Assembly: GCF_001194135.2 (NCBI RefSeq)
Contig: NC_068984.1
Span: 107,445,249-107,478,232, forward strand
DNA: 32,984 bases
Reading direction: 5' to 3'
Source: Octopus bimaculoides
Lineage: Eukaryota
Made by a program: the position numbers and the translations under genes. Below are positions 1 through 11,254 of this stretch, piece after piece; within the stretch, counting starts at the first letter, position 1; the number at the start of each line of letters is the position of its first letter. A model generated the notes under the pieces. It saw only the letters and a list, made by a program, of their open reading frames with translations. It had not been told where the DNA came from and made no database searches.

Positions 1-359
1 TATATATAATTATATCGCAACTACGTGCAGAGAGAGAGAAAGAGAAAGAGAGAGAGAAAGAGAAAGAGAGAGTATGTGTATGTGTGTATATGGGAATGAG
101 GATAGTTACTGTATTGACAGACCGGAAGATTCTGTCAAATCTTTTAGTAACAATGGCAGAAATACGACCCCACTGGAGGTTTTTTCCCAGAATATATTAC
201 GTTTGCTTGCAGGAAACTACTATGATGTACATTTCTGACGTTATATACACATACATATATACACATAAATATGTGTATATATATGTATGTATGTATATAT
301 ATATATACACATATACATATGCATATGTAGATAGGATATAGATATAAATATATATACAT

Positions 360-418
<59 letters not shown>

Positions 419-491
419 TACATACATACATGTATGTATGTATGTATGTATGTATATATATGTATGTATGTATGTATATATATATATATAT
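1..491. repeat. Compound microsatellite region (GA)n/(TA)n/(CA)n/(TATG)n with a short unique spacer
   Basis: Direct reading: GA runs at 30-72; TA, CA and TATG runs at 241-491. Confidence 0.95.
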
Positions 492-1060
492 NNNNNNNNN
501 NNNNNNNNNNNNNNNNNNNNNNNNNNNNNNNNNNNNNNNNNNNNNNNNNNNNNNNNNNNNNNNNNNNNNNNNNNNNNNNNNNNNNNNNNNNNNNNNNNNN
601 NNNNNNNNNNNNNNNNNNNNNNNNNNNNNNNNNNNNNNNNNNNNNNNNNNNNNNNNNNNNNNNNNNNNNNNNNNNNNNNNNNNNNNNNNNNNNNNNNNNN
701 NNNNNNNNNNNNNNNNNNNNNNNNNNNNNNNNNNNNNNNNNNNNNNNNNNNNNNNNNNNNNNNNNNNNNNNNNNNNNNNNNNNNNNNNNNNNNNNNNNNN
801 NNNNNNNNNNNNNNNNNNNNNNNNNNNNNNNNNNNNNNNNNNNNNNNNNNNNNNNNNNNNNNNNNNNNNNNNNNNNNNNNNNNNNNNNNNNNNNNNNNNN
901 NNNNNNNNNNNNNNNNNNNNNNNNNNNNNNNNNNNNNNNNNNNNNNNNNNNNNNNNNNNNNNNNNNNNNNNNNNNNNNNNNNNNNNNNNNNNNNNNNNNN
1001 NNNNNNNNNNNNNNNNNNNNNNNNNNNNNNNNNNNNNNNNNNNNNNNNNNNNNNNNNNNT
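492..1060. other. Assembly gap (N run)
   Basis: 569 N. Confidence 1.
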
Positions 1061-1257
1061 TAACTCAACGGTAGACCACTGGTTTCTCAATCAAATACAG
1101 AAAAATAAAACTGTGAAGTAACCTGTATTCTTTTGTTCATCAGTACACGTATGGTCAAGATATATAAAAATAAACAAGAATCAACCTACCACGATATAGC
1201 CATCACAGCAACGATGACTTTTGTTCACAATTATATATCCCTGAAAGAGATTTGAAA

Positions 1258-1273
1258 TACATACATACATACA

Positions 1274-1309
<36 letters not shown>

Positions 1310-1310
1310 T
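1258..1310. repeat. (CATA)n-(TA)n microsatellite
   Basis: Direct reading. Confidence 0.95.
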
Positions 1311-1528
1311 TACGGAGATGTATTTGCATAGCAAGTGACTTGATCTGAGATCGTGGGTAGAAAGAATAACAGTTGCAGCGTGGAAGATGTTTATATGTTA
1401 TTTAAGAACACACAAGAAACCGTTAGATTCACTTCAACATTTAAATTTAATTTATTTCAAAATATTTTGGTCGCTTTGAAATCGCGACCTGTTCACTGAC
1501 AAAACTTAGTGCTGAGAAAGTAACAGTT
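1311..1528 (-). mobile_element. Interspersed repeat, probably a Penelope-like/retrozyme-type terminal repeat, carrying a hammerhead-like motif
   Basis: Bounded by microsatellites on both sides and contains the hammerhead-like fold at 1452-1504. The family assignment is inference. Confidence 0.5.
1452..1504 (-). ncRNA. Degenerate minimal type-I hammerhead-like motif with variant core GUGAACA (G3-C8)
   Basis: Minus strand reads TTTTGTCA-GTGAACA-GGTCGC-GATTTCAAA-GCGACC-AA-AATATT-T-TGAAAT: helix I start, core, 6-bp helix II, palindromic helix III. The G12 position is C and helix I is partly mismatched. Confidence 0.45.
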
Positions 1529-1540
1529 AGTTCATGATAT

Positions 1541-1636
1541 ATATGTGTTTATGTATGTATGTATGTATGTATGTATGTATGTATGTAGGTACGTAAGTAT
1601 GTGTATGTGTGCATGTATGCATGTACGTATGCATGC

Positions 1637-1677
<41 letters not shown>

Positions 1678-1776
1678 GATGAATGGATGGATGGATGGAT
1701 GGATTGATCGATCGGTCGATCGATAGATTGTTCGATGGATGGATCGATGGATCGATGGATCGATGTGTGTATATAT
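1541..1776. repeat. Compound microsatellite (TATG)n-(TG)n-(GATG)n/(GATC)n
   Basis: Direct reading. Confidence 0.95.
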
Positions 1777-3104
1777 GTGGAATAAGGATTTCAAATCAGG
1801 GCAAATAACCTACGAACGTTCTGATAAAATACAGATTTGGCAATGTTTGAAAACATTTGCAATTGTTTGAAATCCCGTCGATTGGTAAATCACGTGTTCA
1901 CTTTAATGGCTTTCATGTAGAGTGCAGAGATATTTTTAAAAACTGGAAAAGCTATTACTGTTTTCATTGGGCAACTTGACATATCCATAACAAAAGAATT
2001 TTAAAATATTAAAATATAAATGAAAATTGAATTGACTGAAATAAATCGCTAAGAGAATTGTTTATTAGAAAAAAAAATAATACAATCGAGAGGCTATCCT
2101 TATTGTTGGAAATAGATATTAGTGTCATTTAGTTAAAACCTATAGTATATAAATTTGTGAATATTTTACTAGGGTTACTTACGTGCCCTCCTATCTAAGC
2201 GAGTTGTAGCTAAAACTACTCATTTGGAAAATATTTAAATGTTTTTTCTGTATGAATGTAAACTTTTATTTTACTAATTCGTTTCCATAGTGTAATAACC
2301 TACATGTAGAGACAAGAATATGAAATATGTCTTTAAGACAGAGACCACCTTTCCCATTTCCACCAGTATGGGGTGAAACACTACTAATAATTGGTCATTT
2401 TATGCCTTATTTGGTATTTCATTCTTTTGAAGTTGAAATGGGTGTACTTAAAGTTGTACTGTTTATTGTTTTTCTCTAATTCGGAAGGAAGAAAGATGAT
2501 TATGTGATCTGTTTTTAAGTCCGTAGAGCAAGCGATTATTTAATAACGCGAAATATCTTCAACTGTTACCATAGTAAATTATTTATAAAACATTGATTTT
2601 CAAGCGGACATATAAGGTTAGTTCTACAATTAGAAAGACTTTTTTGTCAGTAGCTTAAGTTTATTATTGGCACAGGTATTATTTATTCTGTTTTGAGAAT
2701 TACTCTATGAATATTATTGGCATTACAAAACAGCATACTAGCTGTGCCATTGAATTCACTGCCCAAGAAAATCATTTCATAGGCATGTGATACGGGCTCA
2801 TTTGCCCCACTACCTGCCCACTAACACCAGTTTCAGTACATTTATTATTATTCCCATTAATACTGCTATTAATAGCACAAATATAATAGAGTGAAAGAAT
2901 GAAAAAAAGAAAACAAGCAAACAAACAAATCAAAGAGCGTTGTTGAGAAAAAAGAGAAAGTGACTGAGTAACGTGGAAAAAGATAAAATGTGGGGAAATA
3001 AAATGACTGGGCAAAGGTTATAAACGAAGTTTGTGTGTGACAGAATGAAAGAACAAAGGGAGAATGACTTTGAAAAGAAAAGCAACAATCATTAATATAT
3101 TATA

Positions 3105-3268
3105 GGCACAGGTGTGGCTGTGTGGTAAGTAGCTTGATTATCAACCACATGGTTTTGGGTTCAATCCCGCTGCGTGGCACCTTGGGCAAGTGTCTTCCAC
3201 TATAGCCTCGGGCCGACCAAAGCATTGTGAGTGGATTTGGTAGACGGAAACTGAAAGAAGCCCGTCGT

Positions 3269-3324
<56 letters not shown>

Positions 3325-3560
3325 TTATGTATGTATGTATATATATATACGTGTGTGTTTGTGTTTCTGTGTTTGTCCCCACAACATCGCTTGACAACCG
3401 ACGCTGGTGTGTTCACGTCCCCGTAACTTAACGGTTCGACCGATAGAATAAGTACTAGGCTTACAAAGAATAAGTCTAGGGGTCGATTTGCCCGACTAAA
3501 GGCGGTGCTCCAGCATGGCCGCAGTCAAATGACTGAAAGAAATAAAAGAATAAAAGAGTA
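3105..3560 (+). mobile_element. Full-length tRNA-derived SINE, family A (CORE-like body, internal (TA)n)
   Basis: A-box-like TGGCTGTGTGG and B-box GGTTCAATCC (3158-3167), CORE-like GCACCTTGGGCAAGTGTCTT, internal TA run about 3271-3350, TAAAAGA-type tail. Matches the copies at 13555, 20639, 23005, 23825 and 29833. Confidence 0.85.
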
Positions 3561-3907
3561 TTACCTAACGATAATTGCAAAGTTGATTTAGACAGAAATT
3601 AATCCAAACTTTTCGTTATTCAAAGGAATCGCGCTTAGCACATTTATAGATAACGAAATAAAACTTCTAAGTTATTTTGATACGATAAACAGATATATTG
3701 TAAAAGTTTTCACAAATATTCTCAAAATATCTTAAAGAAAACGTTTCTAATTACGTACTATTAGTTAAAACAATTTAGTAAGGTGGTAATAAGCGCGATC
3801 AAGGAAGAGAGAGGAGGAGAGAGGGGGAGGAAGAGAGGGCGAGAGAGAGAGAGAGAGAGATGAATTTCGCAGCTTTATTATAGCATAGATGTATGTATGA
3901 TATATAT

Positions 3908-4847
3908 NNNNNNNNNNNNNNNNNNNNNNNNNNNNNNNNNNNNNNNNNNNNNNNNNNNNNNNNNNNNNNNNNNNNNNNNNNNNNNNNNNNNNNNNNNNNN
4001 NNNNNNNNNNNNNNNNNNNNNNNNNNNNNNNNNNNNNNNNNNNNNNNNNNNNNNNNNNNNNNNNNNNNNNNNNNNNNNNNNNNNNNNNNNNNNNNNNNNN
4101 NNNNNNNNNNNNNNNNNNNNNNNNNNNNNNNNNNNNNNNNNNNNNNNNNNNNNNNNNNNNNNNNNNNNNNNNNNNNNNNNNNNNNNNNNNNNNNNNNNNN
4201 NNNNNNNNNNNNNNNNNNNNNNNNNNNNNNNNNNNNNNNNNNNNNNNNNNNNNNNNNNNNNNNNNNNNNNNNNNNNNNNNNNNNNNNNNNNNNNNNNNNN
4301 NNNNNNNNNNNNNNNNNNNNNNNNNNNNNNNNNNNNNNNNNNNNNNNNNNNNNNNNNNNNNNNNNNNNNNNNNNNNNNNNNNNNNNNNNNNNNNNNNNNN
4401 NNNNNNNNNNNNNNNNNNNNNNNNNNNNNNNNNNNNNNNNNNNNNNNNNNNNNNNNNNNNNNNNNNNNNNNNNNNNNNNNNNNNNNNNNNNNNNNNNNNN
4501 NNNNNNNNNNNNNNNNNNNNNNNNNNNNNNNNNNNNNNNNNNNNNNNNNNNNNNNNNNNNNNNNNNNNNNNNNNNNNNNNNNNNNNNNNNNNNNNNNNNN
4601 NNNNNNNNNNNNNNNNNNNNNNNNNNNNNNNNNNNNNNNNNNNNNNNNNNNNNNNNNNNNNNNNNNNNNNNNNNNNNNNNNNNNNNNNNNNNNNNNNNNN
4701 NNNNNNNNNNNNNNNNNNNNNNNNNNNNNNNNNNNNNNNNNNNNNNNNNNNNNNNNNNNNNNNNNNNNNNNNNNNNNNNNNNNNNNNNNNNNNNNNNNNN
4801 NNNNNNNNNNNNNNNNNNNNNNNNNNNNNNNNNNNNNNNNNNNNNNN
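3908..4847. other. Assembly gap (N run)
   Basis: 940 N. Confidence 1.
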
Positions 4848-5160
4848 GTTGTGAGATGTTTATTGAGCGAAATCACCTAAAAGCTCCACGAGGCTCCGGC
4901 AGGGGATGGTGGCGAACCCTGCTGTACTCTTCCACCACAACTTTCTCTCACTCTTTCTTCCTGTTTCTGTTGTGCCTGTAATTCAAAGGGTCGGCTTTGT
5001 CACACTGTGTCACGCTGAATATCCCCGAGAACTACGCTAAGGGTACACGTGTCTGTGGAGTGCTCAGCCACTCGCACGTTAATTTCACGAGCAGGCTGTT
5101 CCGTTGATCGGATCAACTGGAACCCTCGACGTCGTAAGCAACGGAGTGCCAACAACAATA
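4848..5160 (+). mobile_element. SINE-like repeat, family C, 3' portion ending in an (AAC)n tail
   Basis: GC-richer non-coding block in an AT-rich background ending GGAGTGCC-AACAACAATA; the 5' end is lost in the gap. Only one copy in the window, so the call rests on recognition of an octopus-type repeat. Confidence 0.55.
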
Positions 5161-5559
5161 TTGTTCATATTATTCATTTAATTATCGATTTACATCTCTT
5201 ATGTCACATTTCAGCTTTCTTTTGTAATCTAATCTCAAAAATCTTATTTGTTAACAGCTTTTTGGAGTCGTTTTTTTTTTGCTGCTGCAGATTCGCAATG
5301 TTTATCTTTTAAAAATAACGACAAACAATAAACTCAATAAAGGCAAATAATTTTAAAGCAGAAATAGAGATAAACAAGTTATCTCCAAAATGAAAAATAA
5401 TAAAATTAATAACGATGAAAAATTAAGTAGATAAACAATGAAAAATAGAGATAAAGATAAATTACTAAATTCTGAATTAATTGCTCAATTAAACTCTAGA
5501 TAGACATATTCATATTTTCTACGCCCACAACATAGTGGTAATAATAATTCTTTTTGTTG

Positions 5560-5740
5560 TCGGAACACGGCCAGAAAGTTAGTGGGCGTGGGAGAGGATT
5601 AGTCAATTAAATCGAGTGGTATTCATTTTATCGACTACGAAAAAATAAATGGTAAACTCGACCTGAACGGAATATAACCCCAGAACATTAAGGCAAATGA
5701 GATACCCGTAAACATTGTCTGACGTGCTAACGATTCTACC
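5560..5740 (-). mobile_element. Degenerate SINE family B copy
   Basis: Contains ATTTTATCGAC, AACTCGACCT and CGTGCTAACGATTCTACC, shared with the copies at 17-19 kb and 27 kb. Confidence 0.7.
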
Positions 5741-5747
5741 ACATTTC

Positions 5748-5753
5748 AACAAT

Positions 5754-5784
<31 letters not shown>

Positions 5785-5786
5785 GC

Positions 5787-5821
<35 letters not shown>
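5748..5821. repeat. (AAC)n-(AAT)n compound microsatellite
   Basis: Direct reading. Confidence 0.95.
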
Positions 5822-5822
<1 letters not shown>

Positions 5823-6908
5823 GTGTCATAATGATCCTGAATACTCAGCTGAACTCCCAGAAAAGAGATGCAGCTATAAACTCCCTGGCGGTACCAGTTG
5901 TCCAGTATAGCCTTTATGTCATCAATTGGAATATGAGTGAAATCCAGCATATGGACATGAAGATCAGGAAACTGCTGACACTAAACAGGGTGCACTACCC
6001 AAAATCAGATGTCCACAAACTCTTCTCCCATAGAGGAAGGCGGTAGAGGCCTAATTCATCTTGAAACGTCCTATAAGACGAGTGAGTTAGAACACCAAAG
6101 TACATCCAATGTAACACTGATTGGATGATACAGCTGGTAAAGCAACATGAACAGATTAAGAAACTTCACTCAGTCTCAAAGGAAGCATGATGAGGATAAG
6201 GAGGACAAACCATCCACTAAGGAAACATAAAAGTGTAAAACAAAAACTAAACAGGGAAGCTTGAAGGCAATATCGAAATTGTTGCAAGAAATGCCATTGC
6301 ATGGAAAATATCACATTGTTGTCAGTTGCTCAGTCCTTGCCCCTCATAATATAAAATAGGCATGATCGAGTTAGCCAATACATGCACTGGAGCATATGCT
6401 GTCACTATGATATCCCGCAACATAAAAACTGGTATGAACATCATCCAAAGTCAGTCACCGAGGAAGAAAACCCTACTATCCTATGGGATTATGAGATGCA
6501 TACAGACAAGCAAATAAATAATAACAAACCAGACATCGTCATCAAAGACTTAAAACAAAGAACATGCCTGTTAATTGATATGACGGTGTCTACTGACAGA
6601 ATCATCTCAACAAAGGAATTTGAAAAACTGTCGAAATATAAGGACCTAGAGATTGAGATATCTAGGACGTGGCGATTAAAAACCAAAACCATCCGTGTTG
6701 TTGTAGGTGCTCTAGGAATGATCAAGAAAAGTAGTGAGAAATCTTTTGACCAGATCCCTGGGAAACCAACAATCTATGCCACTCAAAAACTTGCGTTGAC
6801 ATCAACCGCCCACCTTCTCAGGACGTTTCTCTCCACCCAATATGTACGTGCCTCAGGTCTCTGGTTGAGACCCGGCAGGAAGATGAAAAGAAATGCAAAT
6901 TGATCGGA
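5822..6908 (+). mobile_element. 5'-truncated RLE-type non-LTR retrotransposon (R4/Dong-like): RT thumb plus restriction-like endonuclease; frameshifted
   Basis: MILNTQLNSQKRDAAINSLAVPVVQYS..NW..EIQHMDMKIRKLLTLNRVHYPKSDVHKL, then PLHGKY/HIVVSC..RHD, then the 173-aa ORF 6382-6903 with WYEHHP, ILWDY.MHTD, KPDIVIKD..TCLLIDMTV.D, EKLSKYKDL, VVVGALG (PD..D-type RLE). (TAA)n on both sides. Confidence 0.92.
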
Positions 6909-6909
6909 A

Positions 6910-6986
<77 letters not shown>

Positions 6987-7035
6987 TGATGATGATGATG
7001 ATGATGTTGATGAAGATGATGATGATGATGACGAT
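6909..7035. repeat. (AAT)n-(GAT)n compound microsatellite
   Basis: Direct reading. Confidence 0.95.
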
Positions 7036-7036
7036 A

Positions 7037-7574
7037 AGTGAGATTGATTGGAATAGAACCTGGCAATAGCTGCAGAAAAGAAACTTAAATGGGCCCACTG
7101 AGGCATTAGTGTGCAGTGCTCAAGAACAAGCTCTCAGAACAAACTATTCCAAATATTACGTTGATAAAAGCACTAACTCGCCAGAGTGTAGGATGTGCTC
7201 TACGAAGGGAGAAAGTAGAAGCCATGTTGTTAATGATTGTTGTAAACTCGCACAACGCGAGTACAAAAAGAAACACGACAATATGGCCAGATGTATCACC
7301 TGGCTTTTGTGCGATAAACCAAACGTCGAGAGAGCCGAACAATGGTATGAACACAAGCCAGAGGGAGTACTAGATACAAACATTACAAATTGCTTTGGAA
7401 TTTTAACATGTAGTGCAACCAAGTCGTAGAGGCGAGACGACCAGATATCGTGATCATCCATGAAATGAAAAAGAAGTAAAGATAATAGATGTTGCAATAC
7501 CAGGCGATTGGAGGGTGAAAGGCAAAGAAACAGGCAAGATTGAGAAATACCAGCCGCTGTGGGACGAGATAGGT
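7037..7574 (+). mobile_element. Second, distinct RLE-type non-LTR retrotransposon fragment (CCHC knuckle plus RLE), frameshifted
   Basis: TEALVCSAQEQALRTN, CRMC..KGESRSHVVNDC, KHDNMA, WYEHKPEGV; after frameshifts EARRPDIVI and KIIDVAIPGD..VK.KE..KIEKYQPL. Confidence 0.9.
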
Positions 7575-7708
7575 AAGAAGAAGAAGAAGAAAGAAGAAGA
7601 AGAAGAAGAAGAAGAAGAAGAAGAAGAAGAAGAAGAAGAAGAAGGAGGAGGAGGAGGAGGAGGAGGAGAAGAAGAAGAAGAAAAAGAAGAAGAAGAAGAA
7701 GAAGAAGA
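7575..7708. repeat. (GAA)n-(GGA)n-(GAA)n microsatellite
   Basis: Direct reading. Confidence 0.95.
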
Positions 7709-7711
7709 TGT

Positions 7712-7886
7712 GAAATTTTACCAACCAAATTGACGCGGTAATTGATAAAAAAGGCCTGATTTAGTAGTAGAAGGCAAAGAGAATAGAAATCTCAGGTAAC
7801 TGGCTTTACAATCTCAAATGATGAGAAAGCCAATATGAGAGGTATTGAGAAAATAACCAAGTGCTAGGATCTAGCCATTGAGTTAC
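7712..7886 (+). mobile_element. Third RLE-type retrotransposon fragment (endonuclease core only, highly decayed)
   Basis: Manual translation with two frameshifts: NFTNQIDAVIDKK(R)PDLVVEGKENR..QVTGFTISNDEKANMRGIEKITKC*DLAIEL. Confidence 0.7.
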
Positions 7887-8736
7887 TGATGCTATATATC
7901 TCTTTTAATGTCACATTCGACTGGATGTCGGATGACAGTTTGTAATATAATGAAAGAACAACTTTCATAACACTTGAAGAAATATATTCAGTAGTATACA
8001 TAACAGTTTCAGGAATTCACATACCAAACTATATCATTTCCCGTACAAAGAGAAAAGAAAGAATATATTGAGCATCTGTCATGTACACCTGAGAAAATAT
8101 TATTTTCCATTTCTGTTGTCTCACTCAGACATGATTTGTGAAACATTAAGAATACATAAGAAGTAATTCTATGTAATGGTATGTACAATAAATTGTTCAC
8201 CTGGTGCTTCATATCTTGGAAGATTTATGAGTATTTCTTGAAAAGAGACTCATAAATACCGAAAAGTTTGTATTAATCAAATTGATTTAGCAAGCTTGTG
8301 CTTCTTTTGGGTGATTTCAACCTTCACAACTTCAAATAGCCCGCCGGCACATTTTCTGAAAAATGTTGCTTCAGGAACAAAGAAGCAGAATTTATATTAA
8401 TATTCGCTAAAATGCTGCTCGTGAAAGAAATAATATTTTACAGAACCAGATGCAAAAATATTTTCCATCACTTCATTCCAAAATATCATGAAACACATCC
8501 ATAAAATAAATGAAACTCATAAACTTTCTCTGACAATAACCTATAGAATTGAAAATGTACAGTCCAAGAAAATCTATGGTTAGAGTTATGTATGTATTAC
8601 AGAGCACTCAGTCACTGTCTAGCGTGAATTTTCAGAAACCCGCAGGAAATAAATCTTCAAATAATATTGGTCGAAAAACCTTTCTTTGTAAGTCAATGAC
8701 ATGGATATGAAGCTATTATTATAGGAATTATTTCCG

Positions 8737-8776
8737 ATAAAGACACAAGCCCTGAGATTTGTAGCTTGTGTGTGTG

Positions 8777-8816
<40 letters not shown>

Positions 8817-8924
8817 GTGTGTGTGTGGAAGGGGGCAGTAAATTGTACCAGTATTTGACTAATACTTTATTTAATCATACCGGAAGGATGATGAACCGAG
8901 TTTACCTCACCAAGATCTGAACTC
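8737..8924 (-). mobile_element. Degenerate SINE family B fragment split by (TG)n
   Basis: ACACAAGCCCTGAGATTT tail, TG run at 8768-8826, then CCAGTATTTGACT..CGGAAGGATG..TTTACCTC..TGAACTC. Confidence 0.55.
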
Positions 8925-9060
8925 CTGCGAATTTTATGCATTAAACTTATGCATTTAACTTCTCTTGGAGAGAAAAGCAAGCATTCACAAAAATATATTA
9001 AATGAATAAATCGTGACCAGCAAAAATCCCGCTGAAAATGGACATACTTTCAACTTGCGA

Positions 9061-9167
9061 ATGTGTGTGTGTGTGTGTACATATACATACACACACACAC
9101 ACACACTCATGGATAAAATCTGAGAGGTGTTTTCCTTAACAGTGTTTTAAATTTCACATTATTTGCA

Positions 9168-9212
<45 letters not shown>
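9061..9212. repeat. (TG)n/(CA)n microsatellites
   Basis: Direct reading: runs at 9061-9108 and 9172-9212. Confidence 0.9.
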
Positions 9213-9216
<4 letters not shown>

Positions 9217-10087
9217 TAATTACACACAAATCCATAAGTGTGCGTGATCGCACACCCCTCCCTCCCTCCAAACGTTTCTTACTAAATAATCTATTAAAGT
9301 TCGTCTGCACTTTTCCATTTCTCATCAAAATCTCCTTTATCGACAACAACAAATATCATTGAAAAGATACCGATATACTTTTATAGTTTTGCTCTCGTTT
9401 GTCCGTTGCAGATTTTCTTTTAGACGTTTTATCTACTCGATATCAGCTTTCACCAGTTTTACTAAATATCTGTAGTAAGAAAAGAACAAAACAAAAAATA
9501 AAGCGTTGAAGAATTATTTCTCTGGCTACTACTTATCAGCAAGTATTTCCATTCTTCAGTTGTCTAAAGAAGTATATAGCTACGAGCAAGTACGAGTCGC
9601 AATGTTTAATTCCAGGATAGCATCAAGTCTTATCTAATCTCAGCTAATTAAAAACTCATCTGTCAGCTGGTGGGTTGTGTTATTCAATGAGTATTAATAA
9701 GTTGCATACATATATCAAGATACCTTCCAACTCTAATATACACAATACTTGAAAATAAAAGAATTCTTTGTAGAAATTTACCAGTTATCTTAAATGCGAC
9801 CTTTGCCGAGACGAGATGTTTTACATGCTTTGTCCTATAAATATAAATCCTATATCCTATAAATATAAAAAAAATCTTCAAATATTTAACTATTAAATTG
9901 CATCTTTATTGTACTAACTTCTTTATTAATTAAATGGGGAAACATTTAATATCACACATTCTTTTTCTCATTACAGGCCATCGCTGTCTTTATTAATTTG
10001 TTTTTTTTTTTTTCAATTTTCAGACCAGCATTATTTTACTCTTAACTTCTGCCTCTTCATTTGTTCTTTCAATTCATCCTTATTCTC

Positions 10088-10960
10088 ATTACTCTGCGCG
10101 CGTAAGCGAAAGCATCGTATTATAATCACTCGTCTTTGTTTGTCTCTGTTTTTTCAAAATTACTGGAAAACGGCTGAATGAATTTTCAGGACATTTGGAA
10201 GAAATACTCATTGGGTGAGTGGCTCGAAATGATCAACATTTTGTTTGGTTATCTTTAAAAAACAATTTTTTTAAATAATTTTATTTTTAAAATTGAAGTT
10301 AACAATTTTCCCGATAAGCAAGTGCCATATTCTTTTGTTCTCTTTCGTTTTCAAATGAATCGATCCTCGTCTGCGTGTGTATAGATCATGGTGTACCTAT
10401 GTGCGTAGACACGTATGCATACATACATACATGCATATGCGATTCTGTGTGTGTGAGTATGGGTATGTGTGTGTTTGTGTGTGTATGTGTGTGTGTGTGT
10501 ATACTCTGATGGATTTGATGATTTTGTTTATTTACGACTTGATTTCTTAATTTCACCGGAGTGTACATACCTATAATGGTGATACTTGAAAAAAAATTAA
10601 TCGAACTTTAAAATTTCTTGATAAGCAACTGGTCATATCATTTTGTTCACTTTCTTTTTCATATGAATCGACCCTCGTCTGCGTGTTTATAGATCATGGT
10701 GTACCTATGCGCGTACACACGTGTGCGTACATACATAAATGCATACATACATACGCGACTGCGCGCGCCCGTGACTCTATCGTGATGCATTTGAGGGTCT
10801 CGTTTATTTACGAGTTGATTTCTTAATTTCACCGGAGTATAAATACCTATAAGGGCGATACCTAAAAAAAGAACCGAAAATTAATTCAGTTCAATTAAAA
10901 AAACATGGGCATGCAATGCATTGTATCTGCACGCAGAGTATGCATCGCCCCTCCAATGCC
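10088..10960 (+). mobile_element. DINE-1/HINE-like non-autonomous rolling-circle (Helentron-associated) element with an internal two-unit tandem
   Basis: Subterminal inverted repeats TACTCTGCGCGC (10090-10101) and GCACGCAGAGTA (10929-10940), 11/12 match; short GTTT/GTCT tract; AAAACGGCTGAATGAATTTT core motif; two ~307-bp direct units starting at 10313 and 10620. Confidence 0.55.
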
Positions 10961-11254
10961 TTCTTTTTCATTTTCCTTTTATCTTTCGTCCTTGAATCCA
11001 TCCTCCCACTTCTATATGTTGACTATGTACTCCACTTCTACTATTGCCAATGTACTTCACTTCTACAATTGGTTATGTACTAATTATCATTTTTATTTAT
11101 GAACAGGTCTATTATGAGATATATTCAATTCAATTTTCTTAAACCATCGTATTATTTTATAATTTAGTTAAATATATTGCTTCATACTACTTTACTGACT
11201 TCAGTGATTTTTAAAATTCATCTTGCTGTACATACGCAGCAAAAAAAAGCTGAC

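Noticed and set aside
84-1121. Long ORFs spanning TA/TATG repeats and N-gaps (also 3878-4981, 12088-12910, 17685-18744, 24749-25538, 32073-32603)
   Set aside because: They are YI/HT/CV dipeptide runs or X runs produced by microsatellites and gaps, not proteins.
3105-3180. tRNA-like A/B boxes in SINE heads
   Set aside because: They do not form a cloverleaf with an acceptor stem, so they are SINE promoters and not tRNA genes.
6783-7733. Poly-L, poly-Y/H, poly-I and poly-E/G ORFs
   Set aside because: They are translations of (AAT)n, (GAT)n and (GAA)n arrays.
8028-9836. Minus-strand exon-like segments (about 8028-8092 GVHDRCSIYSFFSLCTGNDIVW; about 9784-9836 TKHVKHLVSAKVAFKIT) and others near 13200-13292 and 18770-18925
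   Set aside because: Splice-like signals are present and phases can be joined, but the peptides are unrecognisable and such signals are frequent by chance in AT-rich DNA.
10845-10880. TATAAGGGCGATACCTAAAA resembles the mariner TIR at 16797
   Set aside because: The match is short and gapped with no partner TIR, and it lies within the tandem unit.
11020-11090. Three degenerate 25-26-bp units containing CACTTCTA
   Set aside because: Too short and low-complexity; not a CRISPR-like or functional array.
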